In this document: positions 32,471 to 45,037 of the stretch, one piece after another
How positions within the stretch are numbered: the stretch's first letter is position 1
Layout: each line of letters starts with the position of its first letter
Source of the DNA: an uncultured Candidatus Rokubacteria bacterium
Lineage (GTDB): Bacteria; Methylomirabilota; Methylomirabilia; Rokubacteriales; CSP1-6
Reading direction: 5' to 3'
Assembly: GCA_963789955.1 (NCBI GenBank)
Contig: CAWBMV010000034.1
Coordinates: 768,001 to 832,000, forward strand
Length of the DNA stretch: 64,000 nucleotides
Program-made: the position numbers and the translations under genes
The notes under the pieces: model-generated
What the model was told of the DNA's origin: nothing
The model's input: the letters and a program-made list of their open reading frames with translations, nothing else
Database searches by the model: none

Positions 32471-32639
32471 GGGTGACGGGCCTCCTGGGAGTGAATGTGC
32501 CGCCGATTATAGCGTTTGTCGAGTTTACGCGCCGTGCAGCCGTTTGCTATGATCGAAGTCTGCCGGAATTGATGCGGTGGCGTGCCCCCTGGGGGCGGAC
32601 AATGTCTCCCTGAGGCCTGTTCGGGAGGAGGTTCCCTTG

Positions 32640-33069
32640 ATGAAGACCGGAAGCAGGATCCTGACCGTCCTGGTGGCGCTCGCGATGCTCGCCACCGGTC
32701 CGCTCGCCCCGCTCGCGGCAGCCCAGCAGCCGGCTCCGCCTTCGCCGCCTCCCCAGCGAGCAGCCCGCGCCTCAGCCGGTCATGCAGCAGGACATGCCGG
32801 AGCCGGAGTCGCACGAGGCGGAGTCCGCTGCGTACAACGTCGGCGCGGGCATCGCCAACGTCTTCTACATTCCAGGCAAGGGGCTGCTCTGCGGCCTCGG
32901 TGGCGCGGTCGGCATCTTCATCCTGATCATCAGCATCGGCTCCGCGCCCAGGCCCGCGGCCTACTTCGCGCGTGAGGGATGCGGCGGCAAGTGGGTGCTC
33001 ACGGGCGACGACCTCCGACCTGACGACGCCCACTACCGGGCGTTCGACTGGGAAGACTCGAAGTACTAA
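32640..33069 (+). CDS. Exported hypothetical protein (frameshift near 32755)
   Basis: RBS GGAGGAGG, signal peptide MKTGSRILTVLVALAML, continues GAGIANVFYIPGKGLLC...EGCGGKWVL. Confidence 0.6.
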
Positions 33070-33391
33070 GTCCGTCTCGCACCGCCGGCTAGCCGTCCTC
33101 CTGTTCGTCGCGCTGCTCGTGGCGTTCGCCGCGGGCATCTGGGGGACGATCATCCGTCCCCCGGCCTACGAGGTTCGTGGGACGATCGTCGCGCGCCCCG
33201 CTCCGGACATGCTGCTCGTTCGCCATGATCCCGTCTCCGCGCTCGGCATGAACGCCATGGATCTCATGGCTGTCTCCGCCGCTCCGGCGCTCCTGGATCC
33301 AGTCGGTCCGAAACCCGGCGATCGGGTCAAGCTCGCCGTGCGCCAGCGCGACGATCAGCTCATCTTGATCAGGATCGAGAAGCTTCCCTGA
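33070..33391 (+). CDS. CusF-like small metal-binding protein (start uncertain)
   Basis: TM anchor, then VRGTIV...LVRHDPVSALGMNAMDLM...PGDRVKLAV, the H/M pattern of the CusF OB fold. Confidence 0.55.
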
Positions 33392-33392
33392 A

Positions 33393-33775
33393 TCAGCGTG
33401 CGTGGGAGAGCCCGCGCACGTAACGCACGATCTCGCGGATGTCGTCATCCGTCAGGGTCGAGCCGAATGCCGGCATTCCCGGCCGGCCGATGGGGGCACC
33501 GCCGTGCTTGATGAGGTCGAAAAGGTACTGATCGGAGCGTGCGTCGATCGTCGCGGCGTCGCTCAGGCTACCGGGCCTGACCAGGAAGAGCGCCGCCGCC
33601 ACGAGCCTTTTCCGTCCGGCCCGTGACACGTCGCGCAGAGACCGAGGTAGAGGCGCTCGGCTTTCGGCGCGCCGGCCGGCGGCCTCGGCGTGTCCAGGAG
33701 CCAGGCGAGCCCGCCCGTGAACGCGCCGATCGCCACGAGGATCACCGACGAGCGCCAGCGAGACGGTCGTCGCAT
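33393..33775 (-). CDS. c-type cytochrome (frameshift near 33600)
   Basis: TM anchor, CATCHGPDGKG, PGMPAFG axial Met motif. Confidence 0.8.
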
Positions 33776-33910
33776 CGCGGCGAGGATAGCACCGGGCCGA
33801 ACACGGCCACTTGACAACTGGCCGCAAGGCAGCATAAAGGATCTAATTCTTTACGAGGGTTGCCGGTTGCCAACCGCCTATAGGCGCCAGGAACGCAGAG
33901 GAGGCTCACG

Positions 33911-35245
33911 ATGACGGACCCGCGACCAGTCAAGGCCGCCAAGTCAACCCTCAACCGCAGGAATTTCCTCGCGACCGCCGGCGCCGGGGTCGCGGGTAGT
34001 TCGCTGCTGACGATGCTCGACGCGCGGCAGGCTCCCGCGCAGATCAAGGGAACGACCCTGCGCATCTTGCAGTGGAGCCACTTCATCCCGGCGTACGACG
34101 CCTGGTACGACAAGTTCGCCAAGGAATGGGGCGACAAGAACGGCGTCAAGGTTCGCGTCGACCACATTCCCCATCTCGACATTCCCGCGCGCATGGCGGC
34201 CGAGTTCGCGGCCGGCGCGGCCACGACATCATCTACAACGGCTCGTCGATCCTCACGCGGCTCTACTACAAGAATCTGGTCGACCTCACGGACATCGCCG
34301 ACGCGGCCGGCAAGAAGTACGGCGGTTGGATCCCCGCGGCGAGGTCGCTCGTCGAGGTGGAGGGCCGCTGGTACGGCCTGCCGATCTTCTACATCCTGGC
34401 GCCGATGCTCTACCGGAAGGATCTGTTCGACGCCAACAATCTGAAGTATCCCGACACCTGGGAGCTGGCGCGGGTGGCGGCGCGTACGCTGAAGGCCAAG
34501 GGACATCCGACCGGGATCGCGCTGTCACAGTGCGCCGACGCGAACCTCATCTGGCGGTCGATGTTCTGCGAGCTTCGGCGGCACCGAGGCGACTCCGTCC
34601 GGTGACCAGCCGACGATCGACTCCAAGGAGCTGCGCGAGTTCCTCAAGTTCGCCAAGGCGATTTTCGAGGAGGGGATGACGCCGGAGGTCTTCTCCTGGG
34701 ACGACGCGTCCGACAATCGTTACCTGGCCTCGGGTATCGCGTGCTGGGTTCACGACGCGATCTCGGCGTACCGCACGACCGAGGACACGAATCCTCCGGT
34801 GTTCGAGAACACCTTCCTCGGGCTCGAGCCCCAGGGCCTGCCCGGCAAGCGGGTGAGCGCCGCGGCGCCGAACGTCTGGATGGTCTGGAAGTTCTCCAAG
34901 AACCAGCAAGCGGCGAAGGAATGGCTGACGTACCTCATCGACAACGACCTCGAGGGCATGGTGCAGAGCCGCGGCTACAACATGCCGTACCTCAGCGACC
35001 GCTACAAGAAGCCCATGCCCGTGATCGGGAGCGACCCCAAGCTACAGATCCTCCAGGACTTCCCGAAGATCGTCGCGTTCTACGGCCAACCCGGGCCGTC
35101 GACCACCCCGATCCAGGAGATCGTGAACACGTTCGTCTTCCCCGACATGATCACCAAGTTCTGTCGCGGCATGGCGCTGGAAGACGCGGTCAAGTGGGGC
35201 GTGGGCGAGTACCGCCGGATCTACGCCAAGCACAAGCAGGCATGA
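33911..35245 (+). CDS. CUT1 ABC substrate-binding protein with Tat signal (two frameshifts)
   Basis: NRRNFL, WSHFIPAYDAWYD, YRKDLF, WDDASDNR. Confidence 0.88.
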
Positions 35246-36232
35246 CGGCAAGCTCGTCGAGCAGCGGCCCGGACGCGGCAAGCGCCCGGGCCGCCGCCGT
35301 TTCGATCGCTGTTCGGCGCGCGCCCTCGGAGGTGGTTCGCGAGCCAGACGTCCAGGCGACTCGCCTTCGGCTACCTCTTGCTCGCGCCGGCCGTCCTCTA
35401 CGTGATGCTCCTCGTCGGAGCTCCGTTCCTGTTCTCGCTCTTTCTGGCGCTGAGCGATGCCTCGGTCGCCGACACCTCGGCGAGCTTCGTGGGGCTGGAG
35501 AACTTCCGGGCGGCGTTCGAGAGCGATGTCTTCCTCATCGCGCTCCGCAACAGCATCGGCTTCACCGTGGTGGCCGCCGTCTTCAAGGGCCTGCTCGGAA
35601 CCAGCCTCGCGTTTCTCCTGCTTCAGCCTTTCTGGGGGAAGAAGTTCATCCGCGGCCTCGTCGTGATCCCGTTCACGCTCCCGATCAGTATCAGCGTGCT
35701 CGGGTGGAAGTGGATGTACGACTCCCAGTTCAGCGTCATCAACTGGTTCCTGAGCCGGATCGGCGTCATCGGATCCTACGGCTCCGCGGACTGGCCAGTG
35801 TGGCTGGGCGAGCCCCACCTGGCGCTGGCGGCGTGCATCATGGTGAACGTGTGGCGCAACTTTCCGTTCTCGGCCATCGTGCTGCTCGCGGGGTTCACGT
35901 CGGTACCCAACGAGGTCCTCGACGCCGCGCGGGTGGACGGGACCAGCTTCTTCCAGCGCTTTCGCCACGTCGTGGTCCCGATGATCGCGCCGATCTTGTT
36001 GATCGGCTTCCTCTTCGATACCGTGTTCACGCTGTCCGATCTGGGCGTCGTGTACCTCCTGACCCAGGGCGGTCCGGCGAACGCCACGAAGACTTTGCCC
36101 GTGCTCGCCTACCAGGTCGGGATCCAGGCCGGAGCGCTCGGACGCGGGGCGGCGATCGCCCTGTTCCTCTTTCCCCTGCTCCTGCCCCTGATGATCCTGA
36201 TGCTCAGAAACCTGAAGCGCAGAGAGTACTGA
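35242..36232 (+). CDS. CUT1 ABC permease (frameshift in the 5' part)
   Basis: WKWMYDSQFSVINW, VWRNFPFSAIVLLAG, DAARVDGT, LTQGGP. Confidence 0.88.
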
Positions 36233-36235
36233 CCG

Positions 36236-37096
36236 ATGGCCGCCGATCCGCGCACGAACCGCCAGAAAGAGATCCGACGCCACGTCTGGATCTACAGCGC
36301 GCTCACGCCCTACGTCGTCATCGCCATCTTCCCGATCTACTGGATGGCCATCACGGCCTTCAAGCAGGACCCCGACCTCTACCGGATGGATCAGTTCCCG
36401 CTCTGGTTCCACCTGCCGCCCACGTTGAAGCATTTCTCGTACCTCTTCTACAGCACGAACTACGGCGCCTGGATCGTCAACACGATGGTCATCGCGGTCT
36501 GGGTCGCCGTCATCACGCTGCTCATCGCCGTGCCGGCAGGATACGCGCTGGCGCGCCTCCGGATCCCCGGGGCCGAGAACCTCGGCATCGCGGTGTTCAT
36601 GACCTATCTGGTGCCGGGCATCATCCTCTTCATCCCGCTGGCGAGGGTGGTGGCGATGCTCGGGCTGCAGGACAGCTGGTGGGCGCTGGTGCTGGTGTAT
36701 CCGACCATCACGATCCCGTTCTGTACCTGGCTCCTCATGGGCTTTTTCAAGACCGTGCCCATGGAGATGGAGGAAGCGGCCCGCGTCGACGGCTGCGGCT
36801 ACCTCGGCGCGCTTCTGCGTGTCGTGCTGCCTGTGAGCGTCCCCGGAATCCTGACCGCTGTCATCTTCGCCTTCACGCTCTCGATGCAGGACTTCCTCTA
36901 CGGGCTGGCCTTCGTCGCGCCAGGCGACCAGAAGCCGGTCACGGTCGGCGTGCCGACCGAGCTGATCCGCGGTGACGTGTACTACTGGGGCTCGTTGATG
37001 GCGGCGGCGTTGATGGTAGGGCTACCCGTGGCGATCCTCTACAATTTCTTCCTGGACCGATTCATCCAGGGAATTACCGGCGGGGTCGGGAAGTAG
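36236..37096 (+). CDS. CUT1 ABC permease
   Basis: FPIYWM, PFCTWLLMGFF, MEEAARVDGC, ELIRGDVYYWGSLM. Confidence 0.92.
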   Translation: MAADPRTNRQKEIRRHVWIYSALTPYVVIAIFPIYWMAITAFKQDPDLYRMDQFPLWFHLPPTLKHFSYLFYSTNYGAWIVNTMVIAVWVAVITLLIAVPAGYALARLRIPGAENLGIAVFMTYLVPGIILFIPLARVVAMLGLQDSWWALVLVYPTITIPFCTWLLMGFFKTVPMEMEEAARVDGCGYLGALLRVVLPVSVPGILTAVIFAFTLSMQDFLYGLAFVAPGDQKPVTVGVPTELIRGDVYYWGSLMAAALMVGLPVAILYNFFLDRFIQGITGGVGK

Positions 37097-37156
37097 AAAA
37101 CGTCGCGACCGACCCGGTCGGCGGGACGGGCTGCGTCGGGTGGCGAGGAGTCGAGC

Positions 37157-37622
37157 TCACTCCTTCTCGGGCTTCTGAATCGGATCGGGACGACCGGGAT
37201 AGCCGAGATGAAGCATCAGGAACTTGACGGGCTTCTCCGATCGGTTGACAAGGTTGTGCCACCAGCCCGCGCCGCCGTGGTCCATGAAGGACTGCCCCGC
37301 CGCGTGGTATTGGGTACCCTTGATCCCGATCGGGGCCGCCTCGTACTCGGTGATCAGTGTGCCCTCGATGACGTAGATGTAGGTCGGCACCCTGAACTCC
37401 TGCCGGCCGGTTTGCCCGCCAGGCGCCAGCTCCACCGTCGATCCCGTGACGAAGAGCGGCGTGCTCACCGTGGCCGAGAATGGCGCCGAGCGATGTGACC
37501 AGTCCCTTGACCGTGACGCCTTTGGGCTCCGCGACCTTCTCGTCCTGGGCGCGCCGGGAAGGCTCACGTAGGCCGATCACGAGCACGCTCGCTGCCGAAG
37601 CGATCAACGCTTTGGTGATCAT
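37157..37622 (-). CDS. Exported cupin-domain protein (frameshift near 37495)
   Basis: Signal-like N-terminus; VELAPGGQTG...PTYIYVIEGTL...AGQSFMD...WWHNLVNRSEKPVKFL. Confidence 0.7.
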
Positions 37623-37762
37623 CGGTGTGCTCTCCAGGAGAAGCTGTGAATTATCTGCGATTCGGGCGACGCCCAGGCGCCGCGTCAGCTCCGTCGCACG
37701 CGAGGCAACACGCCGAGCGACGCGGAGGCTAGCAGAGGCACTTCGAGAATGTCAAGGCTCAC

Positions 37763-38804
37763 ATGGTCACACGGCTCGTGAGTGTCGTGGGTGGGCGGCG
37801 TGGCTCTCGCTGACCGGGTGCGTCGTCTCGAATCCTCGACCCAGCGGCGAGCGCCGAGGTGGCGCCGGGCTTCCGAGTCGACGTGGTGGCGACCGCGCTT
37901 CCCCGTCCGATCCAGCTCGCCCTCGATCCTCGCGGACGACTCGTGGTGCTGAGCGCCGGCGCGTTCGGCGACGCGGCAGGTGAGATCTACCGCCTCGACC
38001 TCCGCGGGCCCCTGCCGATCGACGCCGCGCGCGTGCCGCGTGTCGTCATCCCGTTCGCCGACGAAACGCGAAAGGCCGTGCTTCGGGAGTCTCGCGGTCG
38101 ATCCTCGGAGCGGGAGCCTCTTCCTCGGCGAGGAAAACGGCAATCGCATCTACCGCCTGGGAGACGACCAGCGGCTCCAGGCCGGTCGCCGTCGGGCTGA
38201 ATCACCTCGTCGGCGGGAGCGCGCTGACACTCGACCGGCGCGGGCGTCTCGTCTTCGTCGACTACGCGAGCCCGGAAGCGCATCTTCGCTCGGAGACGCC
38301 GCTGCCGCCGTCTCTCAGCTGGCTCGTCGACGAAGGCTATCAGGGCCCGCTGGTCTTCCGCGTCGATCCGGCCGAGGACCGCCCGCTCCCGCGGCGCGCC
38401 GATCTGCTCGTCCCGATCTTGCCGCGAAGCGAAGCCACACGTCCGGACCGCGAGCCCATGTGGCGGCTCATCGGCGTGACGGCGACGCAGGGCGACGACC
38501 TCGTGTTCCTGAGCTCCGTCGGAGAGGTGCTTCGTCTCGCGCCCGATGGCGAGCTCCGTCTCGTCGTGCGACTCCCCGCCGGTCACTACCACCGCACGAA
38601 TCTGACGACCGCCCCGACGGCAGCATCTTCGTCTGTGCCGGCTATCAGATTCGGAAGATCTTCCGGATCTCGCCGGCCGGCAGGGTCAGCGTCGTGGCCA
38701 GCGAGCTCGGCGATCCCGGCGGCATCGTGCTCGACGCCAAGGGCGTCCTCTACGTCCCCGAGACGGCGCTGCACCGGATCATTCGTATCGCGCCGGATCC
38801 CTGA
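37763..38804 (+). CDS. Beta-propeller lipoprotein-like protein (several frameshifts), paralog of 13309..14308
   Basis: Shared motifs GDxAGExYRL, GSLAxDPxSGxLFxGEENG, YxGPLVFR, LPxGxYxRTNL, DPxGI. Confidence 0.68.
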
Positions 38805-38828
38805 GGAGGCGCGGAAGCCCTACGAAGA

Positions 38829-39699
38829 TCAGCGCCCTCGACCATCGCGGCCGTGAGCCCGCGCACGAAGCCCCGCGCGAAGACGGCGGAGATCGTCACA
38901 CGGGAATGGCCAGCAGGTTGACCCCCGCCACCGCGCCCAGCTCGTCGAGCGCCACGTCGAAGGTGCCGAGCCCGGCCGTGATGGTCTGGTTCTGCGGGGA
39001 CAGGAGGAAGACGGAAGCGATCATGAAGTCGCTGGCGACGATCCCGAGGGTGAAGATGCCCGCGGCGACGAGCACGGGGCGGCTCATCGGCAGGATGATG
39101 CGAAAGAAGGCGCTGGCGCGGCTCGCGCCCTCGACCAGCGCCGCCTCCTCGATCTCGCGCGGCAGGTGCTGGAAGTAGCCCGAGAGCATCCACACGCAGA
39201 AGGGCAGGGCCATGCTCGGGTAGACGAGGAGGAGGGCCAGCATGCTGTCGTCCAGCCCGAGCGCGTGCACGACCTGAAAGAGCGGGATGAAGAGGATGGT
39301 CTGCGGGACGACGTACGTGGCGAAGATGACGCGCCGCCACCAGCGGAAGCCCGGCGGACGCAACCGGCCGAGCGCATAGCCGGCGGCGACACTGGCCACC
39401 AGTGTCACCAGAACCGATCCGGCAAAAACGACGAGCGTGTTCACGAGCCAGTCCAGGAATGGATAGGAGCGACGCAGCGCGACGCCCACGAAGCCCCGGA
39501 CCTCGCTCTGGCGCTCGAACAGCTCCTCGAAGTTCTCGAGGGTCGGATTCATGACGATGAACGGATTACCGAAGACGTCCTCTTCCGGGGTCTTGAGCGA
39601 TTGCACCAGCATGAAATAGATCGGGAAGAGGCAGTAGACGATGGCGAGGAGCATCAGGCTCCCGTGGCCGAGCTTCGCCCACCAGGGCCTCGGGCTCAC
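38829..39699 (-). CDS. CUT1 ABC permease (MalG-like; 3' frameshift, end approximate)
   Basis: FPIYFM, PFCVWMLSGYF, IEEAALVEGA. Confidence 0.85.
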
Positions 39700-40571
39700 G
39701 CCGTCTCCTGCCGAGGGGGATCGAAGACGCGGAACAGCACGAGGAGGATCCCGAGCAAGACGGGGACCAGGGTCAGCGAGAGCGCCGAGGCGGGTCCGTA
39801 CTGACCCGCTTTGATGGCGAGGAAGTACGCCTGAGTGCCGATGATCGGGAAGACGATGCGGCCGGCGGTGAGCATCCAGACGTTGGCGAGGTCGGCAAAG
39901 GCGCTGGTGAGCGACAGGAACACCGCCAGCGCGAGGAACGGCTTGAGGAGCGGTACGGTCACCATCCAGAAGCGGCGCCACGGACTTTTCGATTCCAGCA
40001 CGGCGCACTCGAACAGCTCGGGCGGGACCGCGTTGATGCCGGCGAGGAGGAGCACGCCGATGAACGAGCTGCCGCGCCAGATGTTGAACAGGATGACGCT
40101 GACGAAGGCCCAGGCCCCGGTGCCGAAGGTGCCGTCGACCACGTACTTCAGGTGTCCCATGAACGGGGCGTAGGAGGTCGTGGTCGGGGGGTTCAGGGTC
40201 CAGTACCAGCCGATCACGCTTACGCCCGCGGGGTAGGCCCAGGGAAGAAAGACGGCCAGGAAGACGAAGACTCGTCCGCGGAACGGCCGTGCGAGCAGGA
40301 GGGCGAAGCCGAGCCCGAGCGCCAGCTTCGCCGCGCTCGTGACCACGGCGTACCCGACGGTGACGAACGCGGCCTGCCAGAAGTCGGCGCCGGCCAAAAG
40401 ACGACTGTAGTTCGTGAGCCCGACGTACGCGGTGGCGTCCTTGAGCGGCGAGAGGTCGGTGAAGCTCGTCCAGACCTCCCAGCCGATCGGATAGGCGAGC
40501 GCCGTCAGGAGCAGGAGGAGCGCCGGCGCTAGCAGCAGATATGCGAGCCGGGTGTCCCGGGCGCGCCCCAC
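39696..40571 (-). CDS. CUT1 ABC permease (MalF-like, divergent)
   Basis: LLLAPALL, YVGLTNY, NIWRGSSF, degenerate EAA loop ELFECAVLESKS. Confidence 0.85.
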   Translation of the reverse strand: MGRARDTRLAYLLLAPALLLLLTALAYPIGWEVWTSFTDLSPLKDATAYVGLTNYSRLLAGADFWQAAFVTVGYAVVTSAAKLALGLGFALLLARPFRGRVFVFLAVFLPWAYPAGVSVIGWYWTLNPPTTTSYAPFMGHLKYVVDGTFGTGAWAFVSVILFNIWRGSSFIGVLLLAGINAVPPELFECAVLESKSPWRRFWMVTVPLLKPFLALAVFLSLTSAFADLANVWMLTAGRIVFPIIGTQAYFLAIKAGQYGPASALSLTLVPVLLGILLVLFRVFDPPRQETA

Positions 40572-40589
40572 GAGCTACTCGTTACGCGA

Positions 40590-41681
<1,092 letters not shown>

Positions 41682-41699
41682 AGCTGTCTCCTTGTCCTC

Positions 41700-42581
41700 T
41701 CAGCCCTTCACGGCGCCGGTCAGGCCGGCCACGTAGTGCTCAACGAAGAACGAGTAGATGAGAGCTACCGGAACCGACCCCAGGAGCGCGCCCGCCATGA
41801 GCGGGCCCCAGAAGAACACGTCGCCGCGAATCAGCTCGGACAAGACCCCCACGGGTACCGTCTTCTGTTGCGGCGAGGACAAGAAGACGAGGGCGTAGAG
41901 GAACTCGTTCCAGGACAGGGTGAACGCGAAGATGCCCGCCGACAGGATGCCCGGCGTGGCGATCGGGAAGACGATCTGGACCATCGCGCGAATCCGTGAC
42001 GCGCCGTCGATGCGCGCGCATTCTTCGAGCTCTTTCGGGATCGTCTTGAAGTACCCCATCAGCAACCAGGTACAGAACGGGATCAGAAACGTCGGATAGG
42101 TCAGGATCAGCGCCCACGGCGTGTCGCCCAGGCGGAAGTCGCGCACGATATTGGCGAGCGGGATGAAGAGCAGGGTCGGCGGCACCAGGTACGTGACGAA
42201 GATGCTCGTGCCGATCGACCCGGCGAGCGGAAACCGGAGCCGCGCGAGTGCATAGCCCGCGAGGAGCCCGCAGAAGATCGAGATCACGGTCGAGATGACC
42301 GCGATGAACATGGTGTTGTAGAGCCACGTCCCGAACATCGTCTGCTTGAACAGATAGACGAAGTGCTCGTACGTCGGGTGGGTGGTCCAGAACGGCGTGT
42401 TGTTGACGGCCCGCCACGGCCGGTAGAGCTCGCCGTCAGGACGGAACGCCGTGACCAACATCCAGTAGAACGGAAAGAGCGTCCCGACCATGAACACGAA
42501 CAGCGGAATGTAGAAATACAGCCACTTCTTCCACAACGCCCCTTCGACCATTCCGGAGCCCGAGCCGCCTCGGCCGGCCAT
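41700..42581 (-). CDS. CUT1 ABC permease (MalG-like)
   Basis: FPFYWM, PFCTWLLMGYF, LEECARIDGA, ELIRGDVFFWGPLMAGA. Confidence 0.92.
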   Translation of the reverse strand: MAGRGGSGSGMVEGALWKKWLYFYIPLFVFMVGTLFPFYWMLVTAFRPDGELYRPWRAVNNTPFWTTHPTYEHFVYLFKQTMFGTWLYNTMFIAVISTVISIFCGLLAGYALARLRFPLAGSIGTSIFVTYLVPPTLLFIPLANIVRDFRLGDTPWALILTYPTFLIPFCTWLLMGYFKTIPKELEECARIDGASRIRAMVQIVFPIATPGILSAGIFAFTLSWNEFLYALVFLSSPQQKTVPVGVLSELIRGDVFFWGPLMAGALLGSVPVALIYSFFVEHYVAGLTGAVKG

Positions 42582-43567
42582 CAGGCGCCTTCCACGCGGC
42601 GGATGTACCAGAGCTGGATGATGACGATGACGAACAGCATCGGGAACATCGCGAGCGAGGCGGCCGCGCCCTCGCCGAGCAGGCCGGTGACGATGCCGAT
42701 CTGGTAGGCGTAGGTGGCGAACAGATGGGTCGAGTTCGCCGGCCCGCCGCCGGTCAGTGCGTAGACCAGCTGGAAGTCCGCGAAGGTCTGAATCACCGAG
42801 AACAGTGTGACCACCATCGTAACGGGCAAGACCAGCGGCCACGTGATCCGCCAGAAACGGTGCCAGCCGTTGGCTCCGTCGATCGCGGCCGCTTCATGAA
42901 GCTCGGGACTGACCGTTTGCAGGCCGGCCAGGAGGGAGATCGCGTAGAACGGCATGCCGCGCCAGATGTTCACGACGACCACCGACATGAGCGCCATTGT
43001 GGGGTCGGTGAGCCAGCCGATCCGAGTCTGGATGATCCCCGCGTGATAGAGGGACCAGTTCAGCACGCTGAACGTCGGATCGAACATCCACTTCCAGGCC
43101 AGGGTCGACAAGACGGTCGGGATGATGAACGGCAAGAGCATCGAGGCGCGGACGAGACGCTTGGCTCGGAAGTGCCGGTTGAGCAGGAGCGCCAGCCACA
43201 TGCCGAGGGCGAGCTTGCCCACGGTTGCGAGCGCCGTGTAGACGAAGGTGTTGTACGTCGCCTGCCGAAAGATCGAGTCGTAGAAGACCTTCTCGAAGTT
43301 GTGGAAGCCCACGAACACGCCCGGATTGCCGACCGTCGCGTTGGTGAGGCTGATCCACACGCCCTTGACGAACGGGTAGGCGATGAACAGCCCGAGCAGC
43401 ACCACGGTCGGCGAGAGCAGGAGGAAGCCGAGTACCCGCTCGTTTTCGAGCGCCTGGCCGAGCGACGGGCGCCGGGCCGCCGCACGGGGCGCCACGGTCA
43501 GACGGGAAGCCGCTTCGGCCGCGCCGCCGGCGCCTCCCGCTATCGACCGTGGTTCCCGTGCCGCCAC
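42581..43567 (-). CDS. CUT1 ABC permease (MalF-like; start approximate)
   Basis: WKWMFDPTFSVLNW, IWRGMPFYAISLLAGL, HEAAAIDGA, LTGGGP. Confidence 0.9.
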   Translation of the reverse strand: MAAREPRSIAGGAGGAAEAASRLTVAPRAAARRPSLGQALENERVLGFLLLSPTVVLLGLFIAYPFVKGVWISLTNATVGNPGVFVGFHNFEKVFYDSIFRQATYNTFVYTALATVGKLALGMWLALLLNRHFRAKRLVRASMLLPFIIPTVLSTLAWKWMFDPTFSVLNWSLYHAGIIQTRIGWLTDPTMALMSVVVVNIWRGMPFYAISLLAGLQTVSPELHEAAAIDGANGWHRFWRITWPLVLPVTMVVTLFSVIQTFADFQLVYALTGGGPANSTHLFATYAYQIGIVTGLLGEGAAASLAMFPMLFVIVIIQLWYIRRVEGA

Positions 43568-43581
43568 GAGTGTCCTGTGTC

Positions 43582-44907
43582 CTATCCGTAGATCCGCTTC
43601 AGCTCGCCCTCCGCCCACTTGGCGGCGTCCTCGGCGGACATGCCCTGGATCGCCTTGGCGTACATGTCCACGACGATGTACTTCGAGTAGGCCTCGCTGG
43701 CCTTGGCGCTCGGCGGCCCCGCGAATCCGAAGAGCTGGAAGGCCCGCGCCGCGGTCCGGTACGGCAGCATCACCGGATCTTCCTTCCACATCGCGTGCTC
43801 TTCCCAGATCTTGGTGGCGCCGACGCTGAATCCCTTTTCTGACAGGAACCATGGCTCGAAGTGCTCCTTGGCGTGGAGCCACTTCAGGAATTCCTTCGCG
43901 AGCTTCTGGTTCTTCGAGTAGTTCATGATGCCGTGATGGAAGGACGCGTGATAGTGGAACTGACCCTTCGGGCCGGCGGGGTTCGCGCCGTGCAGGATAT
44001 CGCCCTTCATCTGCTCGCCCTTGTCGGTCTTGTACTTGTCGGGGTTCCGCAGCGCCTCGATGTAGATCGACGCGCCGTTCAAGGTGGCCGAGATGCTCCC
44101 GGACAGGAACGCGCGGTTGTTGCTGGCGTCGTCCCACGCCAGCCCACCCTCGTCGCACGCGTCCTTCCAGAAGGCGGTCGCGAACTTGATCGACTCGACC
44201 GTCTCCTTCGAGTTGATCGCGACGGTCTTGCCGTCCTTTTCGACCTCTTTGCCGCCCCAGGACCACATGTAGGGATACCAGAAGCCCGGCGCGTCGCCAA
44301 AGGTGTGGCCCGCCGTCTGCCCGATCGGGACCCCCTTGGCCTTGAGCTTCTTGCCGACCTCGCGATATTCCTGCCAGGTCTTCGGGAACTCCTTCGCGCC
44401 CGCCTCGGCAAAGAGCGACTTGCGATAGGCGATCTGGCCGCCGACGATCGCGTGCGGGACCGCTCGGAATGCCTTGCCGACCTTCGTCGCGTCGATGACC
44501 GGCTGATAGAAGCCGCCCTGAGCCTTGCCGATGGGCTCGGCGATGTCGGTGACGTCGACCAGGCTCTTCTCGTAGAGGTAGCACCAGTTGTGGAGCAGGT
44601 GGAAGATGTCGGGACCGCTGCCCGACGACACCGCGGCCGTGATGCGCGGCTGCAGATCGTTGGCGTTGATGCGCTCGAGAGTGATCTCGGCGCCAAGCGC
44701 CTTGCCGGCCTCGGCCATCTGCTTGGCGAGAACCTCGTCGCCGGCCGGGACGAAGTCGACCCAGCGCGTCAGGTGGAGCTTGGCTCCCTGCGCATATGCG
44801 GGCGCCCGCTGCGCCGAAAGGATTGCGTCCAGGCCGGTTCCGGCGACCGCAGCCGCGGCACCGGAGATCCTGACGAATTGCCTTCTGTTGATCCGCTTCG
44901 CCGCCAT
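43582..44907 (-). CDS. CUT1 ABC substrate-binding protein with Tat signal
   Basis: MAAKRINRRQFV, RWVDFVPAGD, WDDASNNRAFL; RBS GGAGG. Confidence 0.9.
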   Translation of the reverse strand: MAAKRINRRQFVRISGAAAAVAGTGLDAILSAQRAPAYAQGAKLHLTRWVDFVPAGDEVLAKQMAEAGKALGAEITLERINANDLQPRITAAVSSGSGPDIFHLLHNWCYLYEKSLVDVTDIAEPIGKAQGGFYQPVIDATKVGKAFRAVPHAIVGGQIAYRKSLFAEAGAKEFPKTWQEYREVGKKLKAKGVPIGQTAGHTFGDAPGFWYPYMWSWGGKEVEKDGKTVAINSKETVESIKFATAFWKDACDEGGLAWDDASNNRAFLSGSISATLNGASIYIEALRNPDKYKTDKGEQMKGDILHGANPAGPKGQFHYHASFHHGIMNYSKNQKLAKEFLKWLHAKEHFEPWFLSEKGFSVGATKIWEEHAMWKEDPVMLPYRTAARAFQLFGFAGPPSAKASEAYSKYIVVDMYAKAIQGMSAEDAAKWAEGELKRIYG

Positions 44908-45037
44908 TGGCGATCCTCCATGATCATTCTCGGGGATACGCAGGGGTGCGCTAAACCTCCCGGAAAAGCGACGATTTTGTATCATTGGGCCATCAGGGTG
45001 TCAACCGCCAATGGCGCGGGTGCGCCAAGGGGTCGGT

